Shown here in pieces: positions 50,731-63,642 of a stretch of DNA of 64,000 nt. The notes beneath the pieces are model-generated. The model did no database searches. It saw nothing but the letters and a program-made list of their open reading frames with translations, and was not told the origin of the DNA. A program made the translations under genes and the position numbers. Where the stretch lies: NCBI RefSeq assembly GCF_006345805.1, contig NC_042999.1, positions 50,654,001 to 50,718,000 on the forward strand, written 5' to 3'. The stretch comes from Octopus sinensis (Eukaryota). Positions within the stretch are counted from its first letter, which is position 1. Each line of letters opens with the position of its first letter.

Positions 50731-53700
50731 GGATAGATAGATAGTATTTAATCCTTTTACCATCACCCTTTACCATCATACCTCTCTTCAACCACGGTCT
50801 TTTATCATTCTCCTCTCTTGCATACATATCTTTTGTCACTCTACTCCTCTCACAACAAACTTTTTTTATAGCTAGAGCCTTAAAAATATATCATTTACCT
50901 TATTGTTAAAACTTTGATTGTGGAGATGCATGGTTTAGTGGTTAGGTAGTTGGACTTTTGATTGTAAGATTGTGGTTTTGATTCCTGGACAGGCGATGTG
51001 TTGTGCTCTTGAGCAAAACACTTCATTTCACAATGCTCCAATCCACTCAGATGGCAAAAATGAGAAATCCTACGATGGACCAGTGTCCAGTCCAGGTGGG
51101 GAATTCATATGCCCTAGAAACAGGGAAACTGGATTTTATCAGTTGACATGACTTGTCAAAGTAACTTTACCTTTTTTACTTAATACTTTGACTTGATTCA
51201 ACCAATGAGGATACCTCTATGTGGCAACTCGGTCTGGCAGAAATAACAGTCAAATTCACCTCAAACCTTAAAGCAGTATAAAACATTAGATAATGTGTTC
51301 CGAAGTTCAGTATTTAAAAATTAAGTGGAATGGTCATAGTTAAATCTGGAATGCTTTAATCACAGATCTACTTCATCATAACACTGAGCAGAGACTAAAC
51401 AACATAGGACAGTACATTTTTCAGTATTTGTCCTGACATTCTTCTCTCAAGATTCAAATCCTTCTGAGCTCAGCTTTGCCTTTCATTCTTTCAGGATAAA
51501 TTTAAAATGTTCTCATCCAGGGCAATGAACTAGCAGAATTGTTTGGACATCAAATGAGATGCCTTGCAGTATGTCTATTAGCTCTTTGCACTCTGACAGC
51601 AAAGTCAGTGACGATGATATTAGTTCTAAGTTGTACAGGCCTTCGATAATAATCTTTCCCTTCGACAATAACCTTTCCTTTCAGCAACACTAATGACATG
51701 CAGCAGAGACATGTATAACTGAATAACTGCTAGGTTTTCACAATCATTAGATAACTGGAATGCTTCAGAGTAACTGTACCAACTCTTTTCACTCTGAGTT
51801 CAAATACCACAGAGAACAACTTTACCGTTCTGTTCCTTCAATGTTGCAAAATGATTACCAATCCAGGATGATGGATTGGAAGAACTATAAGAAAGTCAGA
51901 CAGGATCTTTGCAGTATTGGTTCCAGCGCTTTACATTTTAATCTCAAATCCTACCATAATCTTCTTGGGTTCTAGATTTACTCATCCACCCAGTTTTACA
52001 CTCCTTGACATCTTGAATGTCAGTAGTAGAGTCTACAGTATTTCAAGCATTTTCTGAGTCAGATCTGTGATTTGAGGATACCTTCTTTCATCCCTCATAC
52101 AAATTTTCAATGCCCTGTTAGGTGCTATGGGTGCTACCTTCCCTTATCACAAAACAAATAAAAAGAAAACCTGTTCAGACTTATGCATATAAGTAGAGTG
52201 ACACGGCATCACAGAGAGAGAGAGAGAGAGAGACAGACAGAGACAGACAGAAACAAGGAAATGCCACTTGTATTTGAATGCTATACAAATATTCTTTTAA
52301 AAAAACTTTTCTTTTAATTTTTCAATTTAATTTAATTGTTTTCTATATTACAGTTGAAAAAGTCTCAATGACTGAAACTGGTACTGAAATGTTTTTTATA
52401 AAATTATTTTAGCATTTTCTATCTTGACTTTTTTTCCATATATATATTTATATATATATATACATATACAGTGGACTTCTTTCAGTTTCCATTTACCAAA
52501 TCCACTCACAAGGCTTAAGTCAACCCAAGGCTATAGTAGAAGACACTTACCCAAAGTGCCATGCAGTAGGACTGAACCCAGAACAATGTGGTTGGGAAGC
52601 AAGCTTCTTACCATGCAACCACACCTGATCAATACTTTCATTTATATCAGGAATGGGGAAGATTTTTAATGCAGCAGGCAGAAATTTCCAAAGTAAAATG
52701 TCCTTGGTTGAATCACAAGTTCTAACTCTTATATCTGTGTAAATCTTGTATATATCTATGTAGAATTCGATATACATTAATAAAGATAAGTTCAACACAT
52801 TAAATTAATGCATAACATCTTCGTTAATGCTGCCACTGAATTTAGGACATTTATATATATATTACTTATGAGGACATTTATATATAATTTAGGACATTTA
52901 TATTACTTACTTTTCAGCTATGTAGTTGGGTCTCAAGGGGGTGGTACAAACCTAGTAACATGTGTTTTATAGTGAAAGCAAAATTTCCATTCCAATGGCA
53001 ATAACCGGAATATTTTCTGTTTGAGTTTTAAGTCGTAGTAGAAACACAACCTATGACAAAAATAGGCATCCTATATTGTATAAATTTTATAATTGAAAAA
53101 TTTACTATATTTTGTATATACGAGTATACCAGCCTGCAAGCGTAATAAAATGGGCTCACATGAGCAATTGTGCCCTCAGGCGGGAGTTTCTCCATCCCTG
53201 ATTTATATTAAAACTATAATGACAGGCTAGAAACTTGTAGAAATGTGACAAAAGATTTAAATATTGTCATCAGTCACAGAGAAAACATCTACATGATTAT
53301 ATGGCATGCTAGAAATAGCAACCAATCTTCTCTCAGATCCCAATCTTGGTGTCTTATGCAAAGAAGTACAATATTAGCTAATGGCCAATGTACAGTTATG
53401 TGTACACTAAAATACTTGATGTAGTGTTCCAAGAAATTATACCATAATATCTGAGGAATGTATGAGATCACTCAGTAAGATTAAAAATAAATAATACAAA
53501 CAGTGTGGAGGTGCAATGGCCCAGTGGCTAGGGCAGCGGACTCACGGTCGGAGGATCACGGTTTTGATTCCCAGACCGGGCGTTGTGTGTGTTTATTGAG
53601 TGAAAACACCTAAAAGCTCCACAAGGCTCTGGCAGGGGGTGCTGGCGGCCCCTGTTGTACTCTTTCACCTCAACTTTCTCTCACTCTCTCTTCCTTTTTC

Positions 53701-54361
53701 TTGATTAACGCTGTGATGGACTGGCGTCCCATCCAGTCATGGGGAACACATATGCCTCAGAAACCAGGAAACCGGGCCCATGAGCCTGGCTAGACTTGAA
53801 AAGGGCGACAAAGGAAAAAAGAAAAATACATCATCCATTCCCAGAAATACATCTATCCAACAATCCCTACCTGAATTGTATTTTCTCAAACAGTTACCCT
53901 CTACTCTAGTGCTTCCCAAAATGAGCAGTACTGTTCCCTGAGAAGGGTCCAGGGGGAAAATGGTAAGATAGGAATTGGAAAGATAGGGATACATCTTATT
54001 ATTGCTCAAATTTTCAAAAATATATTTTTAGAGAAGAGAATCTTGAATGTAGGAGATGAGTTGTGAAAAGAGGTTTAGAGAATTGGGTAAAATACCCAAA
54101 TACATGGGAAAAAAGTGACCAGCAGCCACTGTACGAATCATTTGATGATGTTACAGTTCAAAATAAGGCAGCAAGCTGGCAGAATTGTTAGCACATCAGG
54201 AAAATTGCTTAGCAGCATTTCACTTGCCTTTATGTTCTAAGTTCAAATTACACTGGGGCCAACTTTGCCTTTCATCTCTTCAGGGTTGATAAAATAAGTA
54301 CCAGCTGAGCACTAAAATTTGAAACCAATATTACAGTTGTTTTGACAATCTATATTATATT

Positions 54362-54755
54362 CTCTTTTACTCTCTTTTACTTGTTTCAATCATTTTGACT
54401 GTGGCCATGGTGGAGCACCGCCTTTAGTCAAGCAAATCGACCCCAAGACTTATTCTTTGTAAGCCCAGTACTTATTCTATCGGTCTCTTTTGCCGAACCG
54501 CTAAGTTACGGGGATGTAAACACAACAGCATCGGTTGTCAAGCGATGTTGGGAGGAAAAACACAGACACACACACATATATCTATATATATACATATACG
54601 ATGGGCTTCTTTCAGTTTCTGTCTACCAAATCCACTCACAAGGCTTTGGTCAGCCCGAGGCTATTGTAGAAGACACTTGCCCAAGGTGCCATGCAGTGGC
54701 ACTGAACCCGGAACCATGTGGTTGGTAAGCAAGCTACTTACCCCTACAGCCACAT
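54362..54755 (-). mobile_element. Family A SINE
   Basis: Match to other window copies. Confidence 0.85.
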
Positions 54756-56269
54756 ATTGATGAAATAATTTATGTGCAAATGATCCTTTAATGGGGATCA
54801 ATCTGTCATCAGCAACTATTTGTAGTGTATTTAATTTCTTTCAATCATAGCAAGGAGGCATTGAAAGTCTGTTGATAAGAAAATATTGGTCGATTGTTTA
54901 AAAAGTTTGAAAAGCATATCTTTTCTCCACTTAAATGACAGCTTCAAGCTAAAGTCAATAAAGGGCCTCATCAGAGAAGCCTTATCAGCATTATAATTCT
55001 CTGAGGAAATCGACCCACTGGGCCCTAAAGTCCATAGTAATTGATGGCAAAGCACAGCATAGAGAGATTAGAACTGAGCTCCTAGTTCCCGTGAGGACCC
55101 TAAGCAACAGTCTGGTGCATCCATGCCTTAAGATAGCACCAGCCTTCACCTCAGTCACTAGACATGCTAAAAATAGCAGCCAAATTGCCCTGTACCATGC
55201 TGTAAGTGGGAAGGATCATGTAATGTCCTAGGTACATTTCTAAATATAAGAGATGGTCATGACTGGAATGCTTTTGATCATTGGTCCACTCAAATCAACA
55301 ACAGTCATTACTAAGCTGTTTCCACAAACAGAGGAATTGTCTCACTCCTCTGATTAAATAATGATGAAATAGAAATCATCACAATAAAGAGAGGAATATA
55401 TACTTACGTTTATGAGTATGAGCGAGAGATAGAGAGAATGAGAGAGAGGGCTACATTTATAGGTATCAATTTTAGCTAAACTCAAAGCAGAATTTTATAA
55501 GCTATGGGAGGCAACTCTAGCAAACTAAATATATGCTAACTAGAGGATTTTAGCGACAAGATGGCACAATCAATAGAGCAAAATAGTATGTTTTGTGGTA
55601 TTCGTTACGGTTCTCTTCACTCTAAGTCCAAATTCTACCAAGACAGATTTGTTTTTTTTTCGATATCGATAAATAAAGTGCAAAACAATACTGATTGGGG
55701 TTCTTTTACCCGCAGTATATTGTTACACCCACCTTAAAACACCCGCTTGATGCTAAGTTAGATTGGCTCTTTCCTCGCAATTATAGGCTGTCTTAAATTA
55801 AAAACACCACCTTAAACCTGTTCTTGTAGAATGCAATCTACTGAGCATCTCCCTAGGTCTTTGTAAATCACCTTATCTCTTCATCTCTTTATAACACCGT
55901 GTACGTAATATCTACATGTTATATCTATATTATACAACTATGGCAAGCACTAGAGTTGATTTAAATGATAGATACGATTATCTGTTCGATTTTTTTTTTT
56001 CATCTGTAGCAATTGACAGACAAATTATTATAGTACTGCTTGTACTTTAAGGGCGGATGATAGTATAAAAGCAAACGGCTACGGTATTCCTCTGAGAAGC
56101 AGAAATACCCTACCCCCACACTTATCAGGTATTATTATTTCTGAAAGACATTGTATTTTATGCAATCCGCAGTAGAAAGGCCTAATGACTAAATATTTAT
56201 CAGATATACAAGCTTCTCAAAGCTTTCTGATTCTACCTTAACCAACCAATACCATTACCCACCACAGAG

Positions 56270-56377
56270 GCGTCAGGTGATTCCTGTGAGGGTAATTTGC
56301 TGTTCCAACACCTTAGCCTAGCCATCGCTCATGGTAATGTTGCCAGTGCGTTGGCTTGCTTCAGTTGGTTCTGCTGA
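56270..56377 (+). pseudogene. Possible CRE-clade non-LTR retrotransposon C-terminal fragment
   Basis: ASGDSCEGNLLFQHLSLAIAHGNVASALAC resembles the recalled CRE terminus TGD..E..FLFQRLS.AIQRGNAASV. Confidence 0.5.
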
Positions 56378-56737
56378 ACCTTGTGATGTGCGACCAATTG
56401 AAGCATTTGGTGTTGAATGGATGATTTCTGTTTTGTTTTTGTTGAATTGATGTTTTTTCCTTTTTTTTCTTTCTTTGTCCCTTTTTTTGCGTTTTATTCC
56501 TTTCGGTTTTGTATCTATATTTCATAAAATTGTTTTTGGACGGAGGTAAGGAATACGTATACCACCCATTTTCGGCGTAACAAAACCCCTAACCCTAATC
56601 TTAACTATAAACACCGGGTGTACGAATTGTTTACTTTCGCCTGTTTTTGTACATATAATATTAAAGAATATTAAAACACGCTATAAAACAGTAAAGAATA
56701 TTAAAACACGTTATAAAACAGTAAAAGAAAGAAAGAA

Positions 56738-56759
56738 GGGGAGAGAGAGAGAGAGAGAG

Positions 56760-56828
<69 letters not shown>
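56738..56828. repeat. (GA)n + (GATA)n microsatellite
   Basis: Direct reading of the sequence. Confidence 0.95.
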
Positions 56829-56829
<1 letters not shown>

Positions 56830-57631
56830 GTGGAACTTTTTGTGACCCTTCTGCCTTTAGTAACAATTAAATAATGAAGAGCTTATTGCATACGATGCTC
56901 AGATGCACTACAACTAGCAGTTGTAAAATGATAAACAGGCGGCAGACAACAGCAATAAGTCAAGAGAAGAGACACAGTTGAAAGCTAAAAGTGTATGTAC
57001 AGTACACAGAACAAAACACAAAATGACAGATAAGCGGACATTAAAAGAATGATAAAAGAACCAGAAAGGGGGCATAGAGAAAGTTTATGTCCCTTTTTTA
57101 AAATTCACAATTTCGCCCCAACCACTCCTACGAAAAAATTGTCTTGGCCAAGGTACGTATTTTCAGTTACGTTGATGAATGAGTCAACGAGAATCGTGCG
57201 TCTTTGTCATGAGAAAAGTGCAGTGATAGAATGAATACTAACAACACTTCAGTAAACTGTAAAATAAGCGCTGGCATTTACTGCAGGAGGAGAGCAAGAA
57301 AATTTTAATTCTTCGTCATACGACGCACTGCAGCGAGGAAAGAAAAACATTGCATCAACGTTAAAATCGGCCAAACGGTGTCAAGGGGAACAACTCTAAT
57401 TCTCAAATGCTGACAATTGATTAACGAATTCGAAATTTCAACTAAAATTAGAAACAGGCATGGAATTATGGGGAAAGTGATAATCTTGCGCAAGGTAATT
57501 CAAGGTATTTGATCGTTTGTATGTGTGCTTGTGTATGTGTGTGTCTGTCTGTGTGTGTGGGGGAGAGAGAGAGAGAGAGAGAGAGAGAGTGCTGCTCTGC
57601 GTTTCTCTGAATAAACAATGTTTATACATCT

Positions 57632-57866
57632 GAGGCGGCGAGCTGGCAGAATCGTTAGCACACCGGGCGAAATGCGTAGCCGTATTTCGTCTGCCGTTAC
57701 GTTCTGAGTTCAAATTCCACCGAGGTCGACTTTGCCTTTCATCCTTTCGTGGTCGATAAATTAAGTACCAGTTACGCACTGGGTCGATATAATCGACTTA
57801 ATCCGTTTGTCTGTCCTTGTTTGTCCTCTCTGTGTTTAGCCCCTTGTGGGTAGTAAAGAAATAGAT
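57632..57866 (+). mobile_element. tRNA-derived SINE (family B), well preserved
   Basis: Head aggcggcgagctggcagaatcgttagc...gagttcaaattcc; recurs at 20820-21270, 27480-27690 and 42775-43015. Confidence 0.8.
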
Positions 57867-58160
57867 ATCTGAATGTACAGGTGCAGGACGTTTGATCTCA
57901 CGATTGTGAATTGTTTTCTGAGAAGCGGTGGCGCGTTGCTCCTTTGAGCGAACTACTTTATTTCACGCAACTTTTCTTTTCACTCATTTGAAAACGTAAG
58001 TACCAGCGACAGCTGGAGTAAAAAAGGTTAACCCTGCAGCTTATTAGCGCCCCTTTCACAAGAGGAAGAAGAAGAAGAGCTTACTACTTTCACTCATTTC
58101 AATACCATGGAAACCGAGGTAAACTCGGACCTAATGGGCCTGCAGACTCGAGAAGGACTT

Positions 58161-58342
58161 TTAACAGGCGATCTTTCGGTACAAGTACCACAACTGCCAA
58201 TTATAAACCCACGTGGGTTTATTTTTCCTCACCCCTAATCCTACATATAAAAAAAAAAAAACTTTACGGAGAGTGACGATCTTCTTCAAATGTAAACAGA
58301 CGTTGCAATTATGGTACTTGTACCGAAAGATCGCCCTTTTAA
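58161..58342. mobile_element. MITE with 24-bp perfect TIRs and TTAA flanks (possibly Kolobok-type)
   Basis: GGCGATCTTTCGGTACAAGTACCA (58167-58190) and its exact reverse complement (58312-58335); TTAA at 58161 and 58339-58342. Confidence 0.6.
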
Positions 58343-58419
58343 TTTTTCTACGCACTAGTTGATGTTTTGAGATAGCATTTCCAGCCAGTCTGTGTCATAA
58401 ATAAATAAATAAATACTAG

Positions 58420-58776
58420 TTACCTTCGCCTTAGCGAAGGCAGAGGTATTGTTTCAGTCATATTTGTTTGTCCGTGGACAAGATATCTCAAGAACCGCTG
58501 AATGAATTCAGATAAAACTTTCAGGGATGTTTGGCCTCATGACTGGTATGAACTGATTACATTTGGGGATCGATCCAGTACTGGACAAGGATTTTGGATA
58601 ATTTTTCTGATTTTTAAAAATTAATTTTTGAGAGGAGTTGGGTTCATTTTTAGTATGATTGTGGGAACAGTCGAGTTTATTTCTAATATTCTCATTTAAA
58701 AAATCATCTCTGGTTAATCATAGAGAATATGTTGGTGTTGCCTTGGCAGAGGTTTGCGCTCTTTGAGTGCTCTTGT
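58420..58776 (+). mobile_element. Non-autonomous Helitron/Helentron-type element, second copy
   Basis: Homologous to 36231-36821. Confidence 0.6.
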
Positions 58777-59498
58777 TATTAATTAAATTAAGCATACCCT
58801 TGCCCAAAGTGTATAATCTTCTACCAAAGTTAAAAGTCAGTATTATCACTTATTTTATTTTTATTTTATTCATTCATTTATTTATCTTATCTTTTTTTCT
58901 TCTTTTCAGTATTTCACATCAGCAAAATCTTTCATGAAGGTAAGCATAAAATGTATATTTAGCATAAGTGTTGTTTTAATAGTAGTAGGTCTGTTTATTT
59001 GGTTTAGATATGCTTTTTGAATGCTGGCATTGATTGGATGAATATTTATTTTGAAGCAATATTTTATGGTTGAATGACCTTCTGGTTGCAAACTCATACC
59101 ATTTTTTTTTCCAATAAAAGATTTTTGTATATTCTATTAAATTTTGAAATTACGGATCTATACAATATATTTTTCATATGGCATCACCGTTTTTCGCTCA
59201 TCATAAACAAACGTACACACACACACAAACATATGCATGCAACACCCATATATATTCCCACAGTAGTCTTTTTTCTGTTTACTAATTACACTCATAAGGT
59301 ATTAGACACTTTTGAGGCTATAATAAAAGACATTCTTTTCCTAAAGGGCCACCCAGTTAACCTGAACCTGAGACCAGGTAGTCACAAAGTAAACTTTTTA
59401 ATCACACCCCCTCCTTCATATCTGTTCACAATCCATAAAGTGATAAGTGTTCAGATTTATAACAGGCAAAATTTAAAAGAATTAATTGAATCAAATAT

Positions 59499-60386
59499 GT
59501 TTTGCAAACAACTTGCACATGCAATTGCTACCAGTCAAGAGCTCAGCATACTGGAAGCCAGCAAGTGTATGGGGTCATCAGGAGGGGTCTACCTCTCGAC
59601 AGTGTCAATGCGCACCAGTCCCCCTCACTGATATGAAGCCCCACTTGCTAGATCAACTGGTTATCAAATAAAGCTCAATATTCTTCTAGCCATCGCTCAT
59701 CATCTCTTTTTAACCAAATCCAGTGGCTAGCCTTTTCCACTGTAGCTTAGATATCAGTCATGGTGGTATTTACTTTACGATGAGTTAGGCCTAATGATAA
59801 CAACAGTCGTCTCACACTGTGTCCAACAAACCCTCTACATCTAACTTCAATTGGAAAATGCTCTGCTTTCCAGCCTGCATCTTCATCTTCCTTGAGGAGG
59901 TTTACATAATGGTCAATCTTTTAAGCCCGAGCAGCGTCCATGTTATCTTTATGAAGAACCATTAACTCAACTAGATCCACAACTTTCTTTCCTTTACACC
60001 ACATTAAAATGTCCGGTTTTTGCGTAATTGGGATGAGAAAGAATCCCTGGCATCCTGGTAAATCTGCAGTCACCTCCCAATAGCCATTCCACTTTTCATC
60101 GCTCACAGCGAGTTTGTTGTTCTTCTCCTTGGAATAGATCCACTGTCCTGGGTGCATGAAGGTAATGAAATCTTTAGTTGGTACTTACAACATGTTTTTT
60201 TCACTGTTGTTGAGGTCAATTTGGTTCTTTATAGCATTGAAGATAACCTTAAGGACCAGGTTGTGTGTTTATGTATACCTATTCAATGCTAGTGAACATT
60301 TGGAAAGAAAATGTTTCAGTGTTCCGATCTTTCCACATTTGCATATATCATTCTCTGAGATGTTCCATCTTCCTAGGATGAACAAA
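59499..60386 (-). mobile_element. 5'-truncated RLE non-LTR retrotransposon (HERO/NeSL-like)
   Basis: CKCGKIGTLKHFLSKC zinc knuckle, RYT*.HN.VLKVI, KPDILMW..KKVVDLVEL, FPIEVRCRGFVG, ASHWIWLKR; stop at 59675-59677; internal stops; 48-bp direct repeats on the flanks. Confidence 0.82.
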
Positions 60387-61005
60387 TCAGATTTATAATT
60401 GACAAAATTTAAAAGAATTAATTGAATCAAATATATATATTTCTCTTTATCATTTAATAAGTAACAAAATGCACATGCATATAGCATGTATATGGATATT
60501 TATTTTGAAGTGATATTTTATAGCTGAGTGTGTGTGTGTAGTTATAAACATGCAGAATTCTACTCAGTATTTTGCTAATTAAATAATCTGTCAGTATTTT
60601 AAAGAAATACAAAAATAGTAAAAATACCATAAAATCTAATTGCTGTTAAAAAGCAAGGGGATCGACAAACAGAAATAAAAAGAGACAAATTGTCAATTAC
60701 ATTAATAGATAATATGTGTATTACCCTCCATATTTATAAGATTATCATTTTTCAAACTATTAACCTTTTAGTGTTTTTATCTATGAATCATCAGTGATCT
60801 AAAACTGCCGTAATAACTTAATTTACAAGTAAAAGTTCCAAGTTCAAATCCAGTCTGGTACTATGTTCACAATTTCAGTTTAAATCTGAGCAGATCTATA
60901 GTCAAAAGCATTCTTTCTATTTTTTTATCTCAGGCAATTTTTATCCCAAGCATAGATTAGCTAGAACTACATCTTCTAACATGCCCTTCATTTTCCTAAA
61001 ATGAT

Positions 61006-61178
61006 AGGCGCAGGAGTGACTGTTTTGTAAGTAGCTTGCTAACCAACCACATGGTTCTGGGTTCAGTCCCACTGCATGGCATCTTGGGCAAGTATCTTCT
61101 GCTATAGCCCTGGGCCGACCAATGCCTTGTGAGCAGATTTGGTAGACAGAAACTGAAAGAAGCCTGTCGTATATATGT

Positions 61179-61220
<42 letters not shown>

Positions 61221-61414
61221 CTGTGTTTGTCCCCCTAGCATTGTTTGACAACCGATGCTGGTGTGTTTACGTCCCTGTCACTTAGCGGTTCGGCAAAAGA
61301 GACCGATAGGATAAGTACTGGGCTTACAAAGAATAAGTCCCAGGGTCGATTTGCTCGACTAAAGGCGGTGCTCCAGCATGGCCGCAGTCAAATGACTGAA
61401 ACAAGTAAAAGAGT
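61006..61414 (+). mobile_element. Family A SINE
   Basis: Match to other window copies. Confidence 0.85.
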
Positions 61415-61891
61415 ATGTGACCTGAGACAGATTTGAGGTCCCTTGACCTGCTATTTCTAGCAAATTGAACGATCATACACAGGCTCCTTAATTGTCGCAC
61501 AAAACATCTGAATATTGAAAGTTTATTTGTGGGGAGGGGGTTGTCTTTAAAGATGGTTATTATAACCTGAATATTTGTAGACAATATTCTTCTTCATGAT
61601 ATTTCATGCCAGGCGTCTGAATATTAAATGTAGCGTGTTTATGGAAAACCTTATTTTTTCTTTTATTTTTTATTCATTTTAGTTATTGAAGGGTTTAACC
61701 AAGCAAATGAACCCTCGTAATTATTGGTCCTTTTTGCCACACCACTAAGCTATGGGGACATAAACCGTTGTCGAGCAGTGGGAAGGACAAACACAAATAA
61801 AAAGACACACACACATCACACATACATATATGATGGACTTTCATCATCAGATGATGTATGAGGGTTTGACAATTTCTTACTGAACAACCAG

Positions 61892-61942
<51 letters not shown>

Positions 61943-62063
61943 ATATACAATATATATGATATATATATCTATATACAATATATATGATATATATATACAT
62001 ATATATGATATATATATATACAATATATATGATATATATATATATATATATTTATTATATAGG

Positions 62064-62114
62064 AGCTTCTACAGGACTAGAACTGTTTCATTCAAGAGAA
62101 ATCTTCAGGAAGCT
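62064..62114 (-). ncRNA. Type I hammerhead ribozyme (core intact, U.U at base of stem II)
   Basis: AGCTTC-CTGAAGA-T.TTC(tctt)GAA.T-GAAA-CAG(ttctagtc)CTG-TA-GAAGCT. Confidence 0.78.
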
Positions 62115-62159
62115 CTGAAGATTTCTCTTGAATGAAACAGTTCTAGTCCTGTAGAAGCT
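62111..62159 (+). ncRNA. Opposed hammerhead copy with a truncated stem I
   Basis: Same core as 62064-62114, but the 5' strand of stem I lacks 2 nt (AGCT instead of AGCTTC). Confidence 0.6.
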
Positions 62160-62234
62160 CCTTCTATATAATAAATTAATTTTACTCTGCTATGTATTGA
62201 GTACCTTATTTACTGTGGTTAACCCCGAATCAAC

Positions 62235-62262
62235 CCGGGACCTACATATATATATATATATC

Positions 62263-62294
<32 letters not shown>

Positions 62295-62610
62295 ATCTAT
62301 ATATATATATATATATATACACATATATATGATATATATATATATATCATCATCATCATCATCATTTAACGTCCGCTTTCCATGCTAGCATGGGTTGGAC
62401 GGTTCAACTGGGGTCCGGGGAGCCCGAAGGCTGCACCAATATATATATATGATATATATGATATATGTATATATATACAATATATATGATATATATATAT
62501 ACAATATATATGAATATATATATATATACAATATATATGATATATATATTATATATATATACAATATATATGATATACATATATATATATACAATATATA
62601 TATATATATA

Positions 62611-62653
<43 letters not shown>

Positions 62654-62690
62654 ATACATATATATATATACAATATATATGATATATATG

Positions 62691-62726
<36 letters not shown>

Positions 62727-62750
62727 ATATATATGATATATATACATACG
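62235..62750. repeat. (AT)n arrays with recurring ACAATATATATGAT units, interrupted by an RTE-derived SINE tail
   Basis: Direct reading of the sequence. Confidence 0.9.
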
Positions 62751-63642
62751 ATGGGCTGCCACAGTTTGTGCCTACCAAATTTACTCACAAGGCATTGGTT
62801 GGCCTGAGGCTATAGTAAAAGATGCTTGCCCAATGTGCAACGTAGTAGGGTTGAACCCAAAATCACATGGTTGCAGAGCAAGCTTCTTAACCACACAGCC
62901 ATGCCTGCACCTATTTATTTCCTGAGAATGTCTGATATTTCATGCAATTTTCTGACAAATGTTAGGGTTTTTAGTCAATCAAATTAACTCCAATACTTAA
63001 TTTATCAGGCACTTTTGTTGAACTATTAGGATGGAAAGGAGCTTAAATAAATCCATGCCAGAGTGGGATGACTTGTAGGTCCCTTGCAAGACTTAGGAGC
63101 CATATGAGATGTCATCAGCAATGGGGAGACCAAATGTGAGATGTTTCTTAGACCAAAATAGGTTTAAGTAGTGGTCTTACTTAGTCACGAGTTGACTTCC
63201 ACCATATATGTATACAAGTTTCTGCACAGTGTCACTCAACAAAATTCACTTACAAGGTATTAGTCATCCCAGAGTCATAGTAGAAGACACTACCCAAAAT
63301 CATAGGTGGCTAAGTCAGTTACAGTTGATAATAAGTATGTTGACTGTCAGACAAAACACTTTGTAGATTTTAGTCAAACCTTTTTACATTCCGAGTTCAA
63401 ATCTCACCAAGATCATCATCACTTTTTCAGCATCTGAGAGTCAGTCGATACGATAAAAATCAGTCAATAACTGGGATTACTATACATGACCATACCTCTG
63501 TTTCCTATGGGCTGAGAGGATTTAAGAGGAGAAAGAAGGTAGATAAATTTTCATATTTAACATCAGCAAGAATTGTATCAGTTTGTATGCTTATAAGCCA
63601 AATAGGGAGTATTAAATACAAGTAAATAAAAATAAATAAATG

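Noticed and set aside
57300-57400. DALQRGKKNIASTLKS, vaguely like CoA-transferase/racemase motifs
   Set aside because: Too short, ends in a stop, and has no supporting exons
59575-59600. CTGATGA on the minus strand in the HERO-like 3' UTR
   Set aside because: No downstream GAAA or stem III
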